The notes below the pieces were generated by a model. The model made no database searches. It was not told the origin of the DNA and saw only the letters and a program-made list of their open reading frames with translations. The position numbers and the translations under genes are program-made. Source: a virus. From it: a DNA stretch of 64,000 bases. Position 1 is the stretch's first letter; each line of letters begins with the position of its first letter. The DNA lies in the IMG/VR virus record IMGVR_UViG_3300033149_003715, positions 32,001 through 96,000 of that record; one strand, 5' to 3'. This document shows positions 20,711-29,645 of this stretch, piece after piece.

Positions 20711-21705
20711 TAATTTTTCCTTATATATACAGTTTGTGCAATGTCTTCAAAATAGTTGTCCCATTGTTGACAAAAAGTTTCTAAATTAGACAATTGACTT
20801 AATGCTAATTTTTGATATTTTACACTCAAAGCATCCAATGTATTTGTTCTATATTGTATAACTTTATTAATAATTTTTGCCAAATCATCTAAAGTTTTAA
20901 AGGTCATAATTTCTTTTTGATTTATAAAATTATTTGTGGCTGAAATGGGAATACATCCGGCGGCCATACCTAAATATAATGTAAGCGGATAACATTCTTC
21001 TTTGCCAATGTTGATTACAAATCGTGATTCACTCAATATTTTTATTGCTTGATCGTATGACATTGTATTAGAAATATCTTTATTATCCCCAATGATTAGA
21101 ATAGGTATCTTAATTGTGTTAATAATTTTATATAACTTGGCATATTCAGATTGTGAAAATTGCCCAATAATAATAGCTTGTGTTTTCTTGTTCGACAATT
21201 TATCTGTTATATCTATATTTGGAATACCATATTTAATAACATGATAATTTTTATTCCAGGATTTGTTAATTATATCATTTACTACAACTGTAAAATCCGG
21301 TTGTTGTTGTTTTTCTATAAGAAATATATCTTCTAACTTCATAATACTCATAGGCGATGTATGTTCAATTATTAGCAATGGCAAATGTAATACATCTGAC
21401 AACTGCTGTGCATATGAATATTGTTCAAGTCTATCATTACACACAATTAGGTCAAAATCTATACTAATTGGTAATGTTTTGTATTCTTGTAAAGGATGAA
21501 AATTTGAGCCGGGATTATATAGTGTAGTGTCCCATTTAATGTATGAGTGTTGAATACAACCATAAAATTTGTGCGTACTACCTTGAAATAATAAATGTTC
21601 AAACAGTCCGTTATATGGAAACCATAATATGTTAAGAGGTTTTGTTTTATATATAGCAGATTTTATAACGTGATTTGTAGGAAATGTCACAAATAATCCT
21701 TTCAC
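20710..21705 (-). CDS. GT4-like glycosyltransferase
   Basis: FDLIV, PLLIIEH, VIKYGI, EECYPLTLYLGMAAGC and FCQQW. Confidence 0.75.
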   Translation of the reverse strand: MKGLFVTFPTNHVIKSAIYKTKPLNILWFPYNGLFEHLLFQGSTHKFYGCIQHSYIKWDTTLYNPGSNFHPLQEYKTLPISIDFDLIVCNDRLEQYSYAQQLSDVLHLPLLIIEHTSPMSIMKLEDIFLIEKQQQPDFTVVVNDIINKSWNKNYHVIKYGIPNIDITDKLSNKKTQAIIIGQFSQSEYAKLYKIINTIKIPILIIGDNKDISNTMSYDQAIKILSESRFVINIGKEECYPLTLYLGMAAGCIPISATNNFINQKEIMTFKTLDDLAKIINKVIQYRTNTLDALSVKYQKLALSQLSNLETFCQQWDNYFEDIAQTVYIRKN

Positions 21706-22829
21706 TTAATCAGTTGTCCAATTTGTTGTCCAACATTAGTATAACTTAATTTTTGAACTGCATCACGTCCGACTTGTTGTTTATGTACCTTTTCTAAACC
21801 AGTTAATTCATATGCTTGTCTCATTGCTTTTTGAAGTGCTAATATATCAATTTCTGACCACAGTTCCCATCCAGTATATAATTGAGGTAATGGTTTGTGT
21901 TCAGTATAAACTGGAATACGATGACTTGGTACAACATATCCTTCTACATTAGAGATAAAAGATGTCATACCTGTATTATCTGTAACAATAGGAGTATTAC
22001 CAAAACCCATAGCATCTATTGCAGGACGACAAAATGCCTCTCCATATGATGGCATAACAAAACAATCACATATTTGGTGTAATGCATACAATTCTTCATA
22101 TGTAAGATGTTCTGTGATAAGTAATTCAGAATGATAATATTCTATGTTATGATATAAACCTAACTGTTTTTTAAATTGTAAAATGTCTTTTTGTACTTGT
22201 TGCGTTAAATCATCTGGCGAAACACCACCTAGATTTGTTTTAATAATTAAATTAACTGGTTCTGATCTACTAAATTCTCTATGAAATGCTGTCAAAAGTG
22301 CTTTAATATTTTTACGGGCAATGTATTCACCAATAAAGTAAAAATTAAACTTGTTTTCTAATTCATAGTTCTTCCACGGTGTAATGTCGTATTCCTTATT
22401 AAATTTGGTAACATCTATTGGTTCACTAATATTATGTATAGGAATATTTACACCACTTTCTTTTAAATTTTGTTTTTCTTGTGTACTTGGTACCCATAAT
22501 TCATCCACTTGATTAATGTAGTATGGCCAATTTGTATTTTTTAAGTTTGCGGTTTCAAATGTACACAAACAAATCGTTTTATGAAAATCATTAGAAAACT
22601 CTAATAAATGTGGTAATACTTTTTGTATGACAACATCGTACTCAGTGTTTATTTTCTGTTCTAATCTTTTTAATTTTTCTGGAATATGTGGTCGTACACT
22701 ATTTGTCATCCATATTGGTCGCAAAGTAATATCACAATTTGTATGAGTTAAAGCTAATGCATAGTCGTATGCAGCTTCACCCCAACCTGTATAACTTCGG
22801 TATGGTGCTACAAATAAAACTTTTTTCAT
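21702..22829 (-). CDS. GT4 family glycosyltransferase
   Basis: TGWG, FET, DELWVPS, ARKNI and CDCFVMPSYGEAFCRPAIDAM. Confidence 0.9.
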   Translation of the reverse strand: MKKVLFVAPYRSYTGWGEAAYDYALALTHTNCDITLRPIWMTNSVRPHIPEKLKRLEQKINTEYDVVIQKVLPHLLEFSNDFHKTICLCTFETANLKNTNWPYYINQVDELWVPSTQEKQNLKESGVNIPIHNISEPIDVTKFNKEYDITPWKNYELENKFNFYFIGEYIARKNIKALLTAFHREFSRSEPVNLIIKTNLGGVSPDDLTQQVQKDILQFKKQLGLYHNIEYYHSELLITEHLTYEELYALHQICDCFVMPSYGEAFCRPAIDAMGFGNTPIVTDNTGMTSFISNVEGYVVPSHRIPVYTEHKPLPQLYTGWELWSEIDILALQKAMRQAYELTGLEKVHKQQVGRDAVQKLSYTNVGQQIGQLIK

Positions 22830-24505
22830 TGATTAACTTTTTCTTTTAAATGGGCATATTGAATAAAATCTTCATTTGGTAACGTAGTTAAACCACACCT
22901 AATTTGTTCACATTTATTATGTATTGTGGCTTTTAGAGCAAAATTTTTAAATATATCTTCTCGCGTAATTTTTTCTAGTTTATTATTGTGTTTTACCGCC
23001 CCATGATTCAAATCACGTAAAATTTCCATTGCGAATCTACTATTAACTTGGTTTGGACGATTCCAAATATTAGTAATTATCCATGTAATAAATTGTTTGT
23101 TATTAAGTTTTTGTGTGTATTCTGGTAATGATGGTGGTATTTTAATAAATCGTGGTGGATGATTCCATTTACCCTGTAAATCTTTTAAGACTACATTATC
23201 AAAATAATCTTCCCAAATTTTTGCGGTGTTATCCCAATTATAATATTTTTCGACTGCTCGTCGTGCTTTTTGTTGATATAATATTTTTTTGTCTTCTGGT
23301 AAATTGAGATATTGATAAATAAAATTTGCACAATATTCGTTATCTGGTAATGCTCTATATGAATGACTTTCTAACTCACGAAACATTCTCTGAATTTTAA
23401 GTGGAAAACCATCAGTATATTTAATAATATCTGTTGTAGCACTATAATCTACTGAAGCTAATGGAACACCACATGCTGCTGCTTCTGTTAAACCAAGTCC
23501 AAATCCTTCACAAATTGCATATTGAATATATAAATCAAATAATTTATAAATATCTGTAAGTTCTTTTCTTGATATACCTTCATGCGGCGATGGTAGTACA
23601 GCAGCAACAGAATTACAGTGTGGACAAACAGTGCGACCATCTTGAAAAAATGATGAAAACGGTTTTTTACATGCTCTACATTTATAAGTAAAAATAACTT
23701 TGTGACCAATACATTCTTCTGCTAATAATTTTGGGATATCCCATCCTGCTCCTTCTGGATATGTAGTATGACAATATAAAAATGTTTTGTGTGCCAAGTC
23801 TGTTTGATTGTTTGCATAACATTTTTCTAAAAATAACCGAAAAGATCGAAATAAGTCTGCAAATAATTTGCGTTTTTGATTACGCATTACTGTACCAATA
23901 ATAAAAGAATCTGGATCAATGCCCTTATCAATTTTATACTGTCTTTTGTCTTTTGGTGGACAAGATTGAACCAAATCTACCCCCGGTCGTGCAGCACTAT
24001 ATAGATTAATTTTTCCATGTCCTTCTTTTGCCAATTCTTTCATATTCCAATCTGTATATGTAAATATACTGTCTACTCCCATATACGTTTCTATCCATTC
24101 ATCTTTTTGTGGCATACTGTCTGCTGTAACCATCCAAACCCAATGAAAAAACGGTCTTAATGGAGAATCTGTAATATATGCATCCATCCAATAATCTCTA
24201 ATACCAAAAACAATATCGGGCTTAAAATCTAATAATACTTTTTCAAAACGCCACATTCCAAATTCATTTATTTGTTGTGATTTGTATTGTTTATATCTTG
24301 GATCTGTTTTTTGTACAGTATTTGCATAAAATCTCCATTTAATATCTCTGTCGCGTGGATCATTAATTGCTCCATAACTAGCAAATTCTGCCAAATGATA
24401 TTTATTGGTATTATATAAGCGTGACAAAATTTCTTTTGCATATGTGCCAAATCCACTAGCTAAATATGATGCTTCACCAACGAATAATATTTTTTTCTTG
24501 GTCAT
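22826..24505 (-). CDS. GT4 family glycosyltransferase with Zn-ribbon insertion
   Basis: SGFG, FKPDIV, RNQKRK and ICEGFGLGLTEAAACGVP (intact EX7E); CxxC-x14-CxxC insertion. Confidence 0.9.
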   Translation of the reverse strand: MTKKKILFVGEASYLASGFGTYAKEILSRLYNTNKYHLAEFASYGAINDPRDRDIKWRFYANTVQKTDPRYKQYKSQQINEFGMWRFEKVLLDFKPDIVFGIRDYWMDAYITDSPLRPFFHWVWMVTADSMPQKDEWIETYMGVDSIFTYTDWNMKELAKEGHGKINLYSAARPGVDLVQSCPPKDKRQYKIDKGIDPDSFIIGTVMRNQKRKLFADLFRSFRLFLEKCYANNQTDLAHKTFLYCHTTYPEGAGWDIPKLLAEECIGHKVIFTYKCRACKKPFSSFFQDGRTVCPHCNSVAAVLPSPHEGISRKELTDIYKLFDLYIQYAICEGFGLGLTEAAACGVPLASVDYSATTDIIKYTDGFPLKIQRMFRELESHSYRALPDNEYCANFIYQYLNLPEDKKILYQQKARRAVEKYYNWDNTAKIWEDYFDNVVLKDLQGKWNHPPRFIKIPPSLPEYTQKLNNKQFITWIITNIWNRPNQVNSRFAMEILRDLNHGAVKHNNKLEKITREDIFKNFALKATIHNKCEQIRCGLTTLPNEDFIQYAHLKEKVNQ

Positions 24506-24967
24506 TTATTTATTCGCTTTTTTGATTTTTGAAATAGCATTATGATAAATTTTACTACTTTGTTTTCTGTTTTTTATAGAAGGTATTAATTTACTAATTT
24601 CAGTAAAATTATAGCCTTGACATTTAAGATTAACAACTGTAAATTCTGTATTTGTTAAGCAAGATGGAATCAATTCTTGAAAACCCATTGTTTCTAAATA
24701 AGTACATGTATCAACATTATAGTGATTACATTTTTTATGTTTATAACAATATTTAATATATTTGATAATTTCATTACGAATATACATCCATGCTACAGTT
24801 GAAAATTTATTTTTGCGAGATGAATCATAATTTTGAAATGCTTTTACTAATCCAAGATAACCATATTGTATAAATTCATCCAACTCTGTTGAGTTAGATG
24901 GGTGCAAACTTTTAGCTAAATGTATGACCAATTTAGTATATTGTGTAACAAATTGATCCGTAATCAT
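24506..24967 (-). CDS. Sigma-70 family RNA polymerase sigma factor (regions 2 and 4)
   Basis: DEFIQYGYLGLVKAFQNYDSSRKNKFSTVAWMYIRNEI (region 2); LTNTE...GYNFTEIS (region 4). Confidence 0.85.
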   Translation of the reverse strand: MITDQFVTQYTKLVIHLAKSLHPSNSTELDEFIQYGYLGLVKAFQNYDSSRKNKFSTVAWMYIRNEIIKYIKYCYKHKKCNHYNVDTCTYLETMGFQELIPSCLTNTEFTVVNLKCQGYNFTEISKLIPSIKNRKQSSKIYHNAISKIKKANK

Positions 24968-25344
24968 TAAAAAGATGTTGATTTGGTTTCATCATTAGTA
25001 GATACATCAGACGATGGTTTTCGATATAAAATATCAAAGTTTGTAATTCTAACTTTCATTCTAGAACGTTTTTGTCCATCAGTTTCCCATGTTTCCATTT
25101 TCAGAGATCCTTCAATGAGTACCGGAGATCCTTTAACCAATCTATCACCAATCGTTTTAGCTCCACTGTCCCAAGCCTCACACGGTACAAAAGTTGTTTC
25201 TGTTTCATAATTACCATTGGCTTTACGATATCGTCTAGAAACTGCTACTACAATGTTAGCAACAGTAACATTACGATCCCCAATTTGAACAACTTTTACG
25301 TCTGGATCTCGTGCTAAATTACCATGTAAGATTACTTTGTTCAT
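24967..25344 (-). CDS. ssb: Single-stranded DNA-binding protein
   Basis: MNKVILHGNLARDP...FVPCEAW...KGSPVLIEGSLKMETWE. AAGGAG SD supports ATG 25344; the ORF-track start 25389 lies within the promoter. Confidence 0.95.
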   Translation of the reverse strand: MNKVILHGNLARDPDVKVVQIGDRNVTVANIVVAVSRRYRKANGNYETETTFVPCEAWDSGAKTIGDRLVKGSPVLIEGSLKMETWETDGQKRSRMKVRITNFDILYRKPSSDVSTNDETKSTSF

Positions 25345-25376
25345 TGATAACTCCTTATTAGTAGTGTTAGTTGTAC

Positions 25377-25406
25377 TATAATACCACAATTACAAGAAAA
25401 GTCAAG
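25377..25406 (-). promoter_or_regulatory. Sigma70-type promoter CTTGACTTTT-N10-TGGTATTATA upstream of ssb
   Basis: TTGACT, 16 nt, TATTAT with extended TG; both 10-nt boxes are identical to those at 46161-46190. Confidence 0.8.
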
Positions 25407-25408
25407 CT

Positions 25409-28156
25409 TCATATCTGGTATAATGCATTTACAATAAAACTATCGTTTTTTCCAGGACCACCAATCATCATAACATGATTATTTTCTACAACCAAAGATT
25501 TAACTTTAATCCAAACATCCGGGAAAATAACTGCATTTACACTACCAGATATATCAGAAACATTCATAAATGCCATAGGTTGCCCTGGATTTTTGCCTGA
25601 TTTAGTTTTAATTTCTACTACCTTATCTATTACAACAGGTAAAAAAATTGGCTTTTTATATAAGCCTTTAAGAAAATTATCGCAAGTACAATTTGCTTGA
25701 GAAATATCGCAAGATTCAACAGATGAATGTGTAAGTGGTACTCCAAGATAAAATTCTTCTTGTGCTGATACCCATGCCGGATTATCTTTAAGTAATCTTT
25801 TGGGGTTTTGTAGCATGTCTATCAAACTACGCACTTTTTCTTTACGATTAGTGTTAACACACCCACCCTTTTGACCTATTGGACTATTATATAATTCTTT
25901 CAATAGCTGTAATAAGTTAATACCATTATTAAAATTTTTATAAAATATTTGGCACCATTTTTTTTCATGGTTACTTAGTTGATTGTATTGATCATATTCA
26001 TATAACATTTTAGTACGTGGTTGTGGTTGGTTTAAATGATCTAATGCACCTGAACATATAAGTGCTTTTAATGTTGTTGAGTTAATTTGACTACTTGTAT
26101 ATACCAAAAAGTCCATCCAATTCCATGATATAATATTTTTTTGTATTGTTTTTTCTGTGTGATAAATAATTTTGCTTAATTTTTCAATCATTGACTGTCC
26201 GATACCTTTGATATCGGAAAGACCAAATCTAATTATTTGATCAATAAGTTTAAACTTTGTGTTTTGATGAATAATGTTTGGCGGATTTACTTGAATATCC
26301 ATAGACCGTGCATTTAAAATTAACTTCTTTATCTCTTGTAATGTATCTTGTTTCCCTTGTGCGTAATGTAAATATGATGTAAAAAAAGCACGAGGAAAAT
26401 GAGCTTTACAATAGGCAGAAAGATAACAATTTAATGCATAACTGACAGAATGACTTTTGTTAAATTGATAACGTTGAGATGCTTGTATCCACTCAAAAAT
26501 TTGTTCTGCTTCTTTTTTATTTACTATACCCTTTTTAACACATCCATCAATAAACGGTTTTTTAATTTTGGATATTTCTTCCGGTTTTTTCTTACCAATA
26601 CTATTATGTACCAAGATACCATTAATAAATCCGTAATTGTATTCTCCCTTTACGGTAAAATCAAATGTTTGTTTTTCACCAAGTTTTGTAATTCTTCTTA
26701 TTTTTGTAAATTGATACTGTGTGTCTGTAGATGATGTTGTTATATCGGATAAATCGGATTCAATTTGACGTACTTTATCCAGTTTATCGGGGGGAATGTA
26801 CTGACTATATTTTTCAAGAAAACGTCGTATATTTGTTGGATCTGAAATAGTGATATAATATGTTTGATATGATTCATATGGCCTATCATCGTATCTATTA
26901 TTTCTTATTACGAGATTAGAGTATATATCATCTCTTAATAATAAAATTTGTAGTTGTTGTGCTATTTTGTAAGATGTAGTGGTAACCGATATTTTTTTCT
27001 TTTTAACATTCATATTACCTTTGCTTGCAAAACACGCTCCAACAAACGCTGTAGTAATATCATTTGCAGCATATAGAATATGTGACGGAATATATCTTTC
27101 CTTGACCTTACATGGTGTATAAATTGTTGAGAACCATTGAAATGCTTTATTTTGAAAGTGTATATCTTTGCGTCTACTGTTAGGTTGGGAAACTGTATAA
27201 CTATTTGAACCAAATTCTTTCTGTGAAATACTTAATATCTTTTCTGTAATCCAAGGATCATAACTTCTAATTTTCAAAAATACATCCTTGGTATAATACC
27301 CTATAAAAATAAAATAGGATAATATAATAGATTTGTTAATATTAATCTGGTGTGGTTTTAAACATCCCTCATATTGATACCGATTTGAAATAGTAACATA
27401 ATCTTTTCTGGTTAATTCTACAACTTTTTTCCAGCCTTGTTTGGTATATACTTGGTGTTTGTCTGTTAATTCGATATGATGTCCGCTGTCTGTGGTTATC
27501 CGATATACAATTTGTTTGCCCGTAGGCCACACTTTTTCTATATCATAATACTTCAATTGTCCACTTTCATTCGTGGATAATATTTTATAATTACACTGCC
27601 CTTTTGACATTTGCAATGCAATTTGCTCTATATACCTTGGGCCACTTTGTGTTAAAACAATAGAACCTTCGGCTACACATTTTCGTAGGATATCGGATTC
27701 TGCTAATGTAAATCCCGCAATTTCTTGTGCAATACGCAAATGTGATTCTTGAAATATAGAAAGACCATAAGTATCTTTTAGAATTGGTTCTAATGCGGGA
27801 TGAAAATATGTTATTTCTTCTTTTCCGTTTTTTCTGTCTATATATCTTTGTGTAATACTCTTTCCATCTATTAAACTTTCGCTGGGACCGGGCCTCATTA
27901 TTGCAATTAACGCTGATAGGTGTTCTATATTTCGCGGTTGTAATTTTTTTACTAATAATTGCCCTAGTGATGATTCCAATTGAAAACAACCTACTACATT
28001 ACCATCGCATAATAAATCCCATGTGCGTTGACATTCTAGTGGTATTTTTTCAATGTCAGGATTAAATTCTAGCAAAGGTTTTTTCCCAAATTTGGTTTCT
28101 TGATAACCTATAATTGGAAATTGACACCCACAGTTATATTTAAATACTTTATTCAT
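25409..28156 (-). CDS. dnaE: DNA polymerase III alpha, C-terminal half (fingers, HhH, OB), intein-containing
   Basis: GCFQLES, IMRPGP, LEPILKDTYG, FNKSHSVSYA, IRFGLSDIKGIG, GALD and a C-terminal OB fold (MAFMNVSD...VIFP). Confidence 0.93.
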   Translation of the reverse strand: MNKVFKYNCGCQFPIIGYQETKFGKKPLLEFNPDIEKIPLECQRTWDLLCDGNVVGCFQLESSLGQLLVKKLQPRNIEHLSALIAIMRPGPSESLIDGKSITQRYIDRKNGKEEITYFHPALEPILKDTYGLSIFQESHLRIAQEIAGFTLAESDILRKCVAEGSIVLTQSGPRYIEQIALQMSKGQCNYKILSTNESGQLKYYDIEKVWPTGKQIVYRITTDSGHHIELTDKHQVYTKQGWKKVVELTRKDYVTISNRYQYEGCLKPHQININKSIILSYFIFIGYYTKDVFLKIRSYDPWITEKILSISQKEFGSNSYTVSQPNSRRKDIHFQNKAFQWFSTIYTPCKVKERYIPSHILYAANDITTAFVGACFASKGNMNVKKKKISVTTTSYKIAQQLQILLLRDDIYSNLVIRNNRYDDRPYESYQTYYITISDPTNIRRFLEKYSQYIPPDKLDKVRQIESDLSDITTSSTDTQYQFTKIRRITKLGEKQTFDFTVKGEYNYGFINGILVHNSIGKKKPEEISKIKKPFIDGCVKKGIVNKKEAEQIFEWIQASQRYQFNKSHSVSYALNCYLSAYCKAHFPRAFFTSYLHYAQGKQDTLQEIKKLILNARSMDIQVNPPNIIHQNTKFKLIDQIIRFGLSDIKGIGQSMIEKLSKIIYHTEKTIQKNIISWNWMDFLVYTSSQINSTTLKALICSGALDHLNQPQPRTKMLYEYDQYNQLSNHEKKWCQIFYKNFNNGINLLQLLKELYNSPIGQKGGCVNTNRKEKVRSLIDMLQNPKRLLKDNPAWVSAQEEFYLGVPLTHSSVESCDISQANCTCDNFLKGLYKKPIFLPVVIDKVVEIKTKSGKNPGQPMAFMNVSDISGSVNAVIFPDVWIKVKSLVVENNHVMMIGGPGKNDSFIVNALYQI
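26603..27679 (-). mobile_element. Intein (359 aa) in DnaE C-half with degenerate LAGLIDADG domain
   Basis: DILRK|CVAEG...TDKH...FDFTV...LVHN|SIGKK; excision restores LRKSIGKKKPEE. Confidence 0.92.
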
Positions 28157-28171
28157 TTATATATCTTATTT

Positions 28172-28441
28172 TTAGAAAATTTTTTCACACACATCACATT
28201 TATTAAAAGAATCGTTCCCGCCAGACGGATCACCAAAAAAACTAAAAACAGGATGATCACATTGATTTTGAATCTGTTCTTTGTCTGCTTTTAATTTTTT
28301 AAGTTCATTATCATAAAATACTTTAACACTTTCAATTTGTCTATTTATCTCATTAATGCGGGATTTTAAGTTACGATAATGTTTAACCTTATCACATAAT
28401 TTATTATCTTTTATAATGTGTTTTAATAGTTTGTCTAACAT
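28172..28441 (-). CDS. Hypothetical coiled-coil protein with C-terminal CxH...CxxC
   Basis: 89-aa ORF overlapping the exonuclease stop. Confidence 0.7.
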   Translation of the reverse strand: MLDKLLKHIIKDNKLCDKVKHYRNLKSRINEINRQIESVKVFYDNELKKLKADKEQIQNQCDHPVFSFFGDPSGGNDSFNKCDVCEKIF

Positions 28442-29130
28442 TTTTCTTTCCTAAATGAATTTTTAAATTGAGTATTTTTTGCTACTCTTCTTTGAAATTT
28501 CAGAAATCTACATAGTAATTCAGCCGTTTGTTTTACATCTGTTAATGCATCATGTGCTTTGTCTTTGCTCATACCAAAATAATTTCTCAAGGTATCAAAC
28601 TGATAATTGGTTGGTTCATTGAAATTTTCGAACCAAGAAAATATCATTGGCATTAAATCAATACGATCTCGTGGATGAAATATATTTGGCTTATTGTATT
28701 TATCTATATTACCATATTGTTTGCAAAGTCTATCAAGAATAATACAATCAAAATTTAATATATTATACCCGCATAATACTGGTGCCGAAAATTGGTTTTT
28801 ACGTTTTGTTCGTGAATGATACCTTAATAAATAATTGCAAAAATCAGCCCATACATCTTTTTGTAGTGGGGCATTTTTCCATATTGATATAATTTCTTCT
28901 GAACTAGTATTATAATTTTTGGCGTGCCACTGGATTGTTTCTGAATGTTGTTCGATATAATTTGACTTGTTTATATTTGGTGGTTGAATGAAACTATTAA
29001 ATTCTGAATCAGAAATAATGTTTAAGGTACGTGGATGTACCATGATAGATGCTAATTGCACAGGATTAGCAGTATAAGCATCACTACTATCAGTTTCAAA
29101 ATCTAGTATTATAAAAGTGTTAGTATTCAT
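28435..29130 (-). CDS. DEDDh 3'-5' exonuclease (DnaQ/epsilon-like)
   Basis: ILDFET, GYNILNFD and AHDALTD. Confidence 0.9.
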   Translation of the reverse strand: MNTNTFIILDFETDSSDAYTANPVQLASIMVHPRTLNIISDSEFNSFIQPPNINKSNYIEQHSETIQWHAKNYNTSSEEIISIWKNAPLQKDVWADFCNYLLRYHSRTKRKNQFSAPVLCGYNILNFDCIILDRLCKQYGNIDKYNKPNIFHPRDRIDLMPMIFSWFENFNEPTNYQFDTLRNYFGMSKDKAHDALTDVKQTAELLCRFLKFQRRVAKNTQFKNSFRKEKC

Positions 29131-29264
29131 CGAATATTCTCAGGATCTTCAAAATAATCTATTTTATCTTGTAATTGTTGATTATTATACTCTTCATTGT
29201 TTGATGGTGTTGGATAATCTAATTGTTCTAAAATATCAGCCACATCTTCGTATTCACTATACAT
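29127..29264 (-). CDS. Small acidic protein (45 aa, not in ORF track)
   Basis: GGAAAGGA SD; MYSEYEDVADILEQLDYPTPSNNEEYNNQQLQDKIDYFEDPENIR; stop overlaps the exonuclease start (ATGA). Confidence 0.65.
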   Translation of the reverse strand: MYSEYEDVADILEQLDYPTPSNNEEYNNQQLQDKIDYFEDPENIR

Positions 29265-29342
29265 TATGTTCCTTTCCACTTATTAAATCTAAACAGTATT
29301 GCGTAGGAAATAGTATGCTTTTTTCGGTTCTTTTCTAAATGA

Positions 29343-29645
29343 TTAGTTGTAAAGATATTCCATAACCTTTTGCATTGCATATCTTGCCTCATTCCATAAT
29401 TTTGCTAATGTTTGATCTTCTATTTTATAATGAGGAATTTCACTGTATATACTATCTCCTAATCCATTATAAGTTACATAATCGCGTATATCGTCATTTG
29501 TCATTTTATGGTTACGAGGAATTTCAGCAGGCAAAGAAATATTAGGTAGACCATTGTATTCTCGATCTTGCACCCAAAGTCCAGTTATAATTTGTTTGGG
29601 GGTTAATGATTTTTTATAATTTGTCTTTTTTCTTTTGCGACCCAT
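29343..29645 (-). CDS. Hypothetical protein
   Basis: 100 aa, TAATG-coupled to the DnaE N-half. Confidence 0.7.
   Translation of the reverse strand: MGRKRKKTNYKKSLTPKQIITGLWVQDREYNGLPNISLPAEIPRNHKMTNDDIRDYVTYNGLGDSIYSEIPHYKIEDQTLAKLWNEARYAMQKVMEYLYN

Noticed and set aside
28156-29645. Split intein or intron joining the DnaE halves
   Set aside because: No Cys/Ser-initiated IntN follows the N-half, no HN-ending IntC precedes the C-half, and the gap is filled with ordinary coupled genes.
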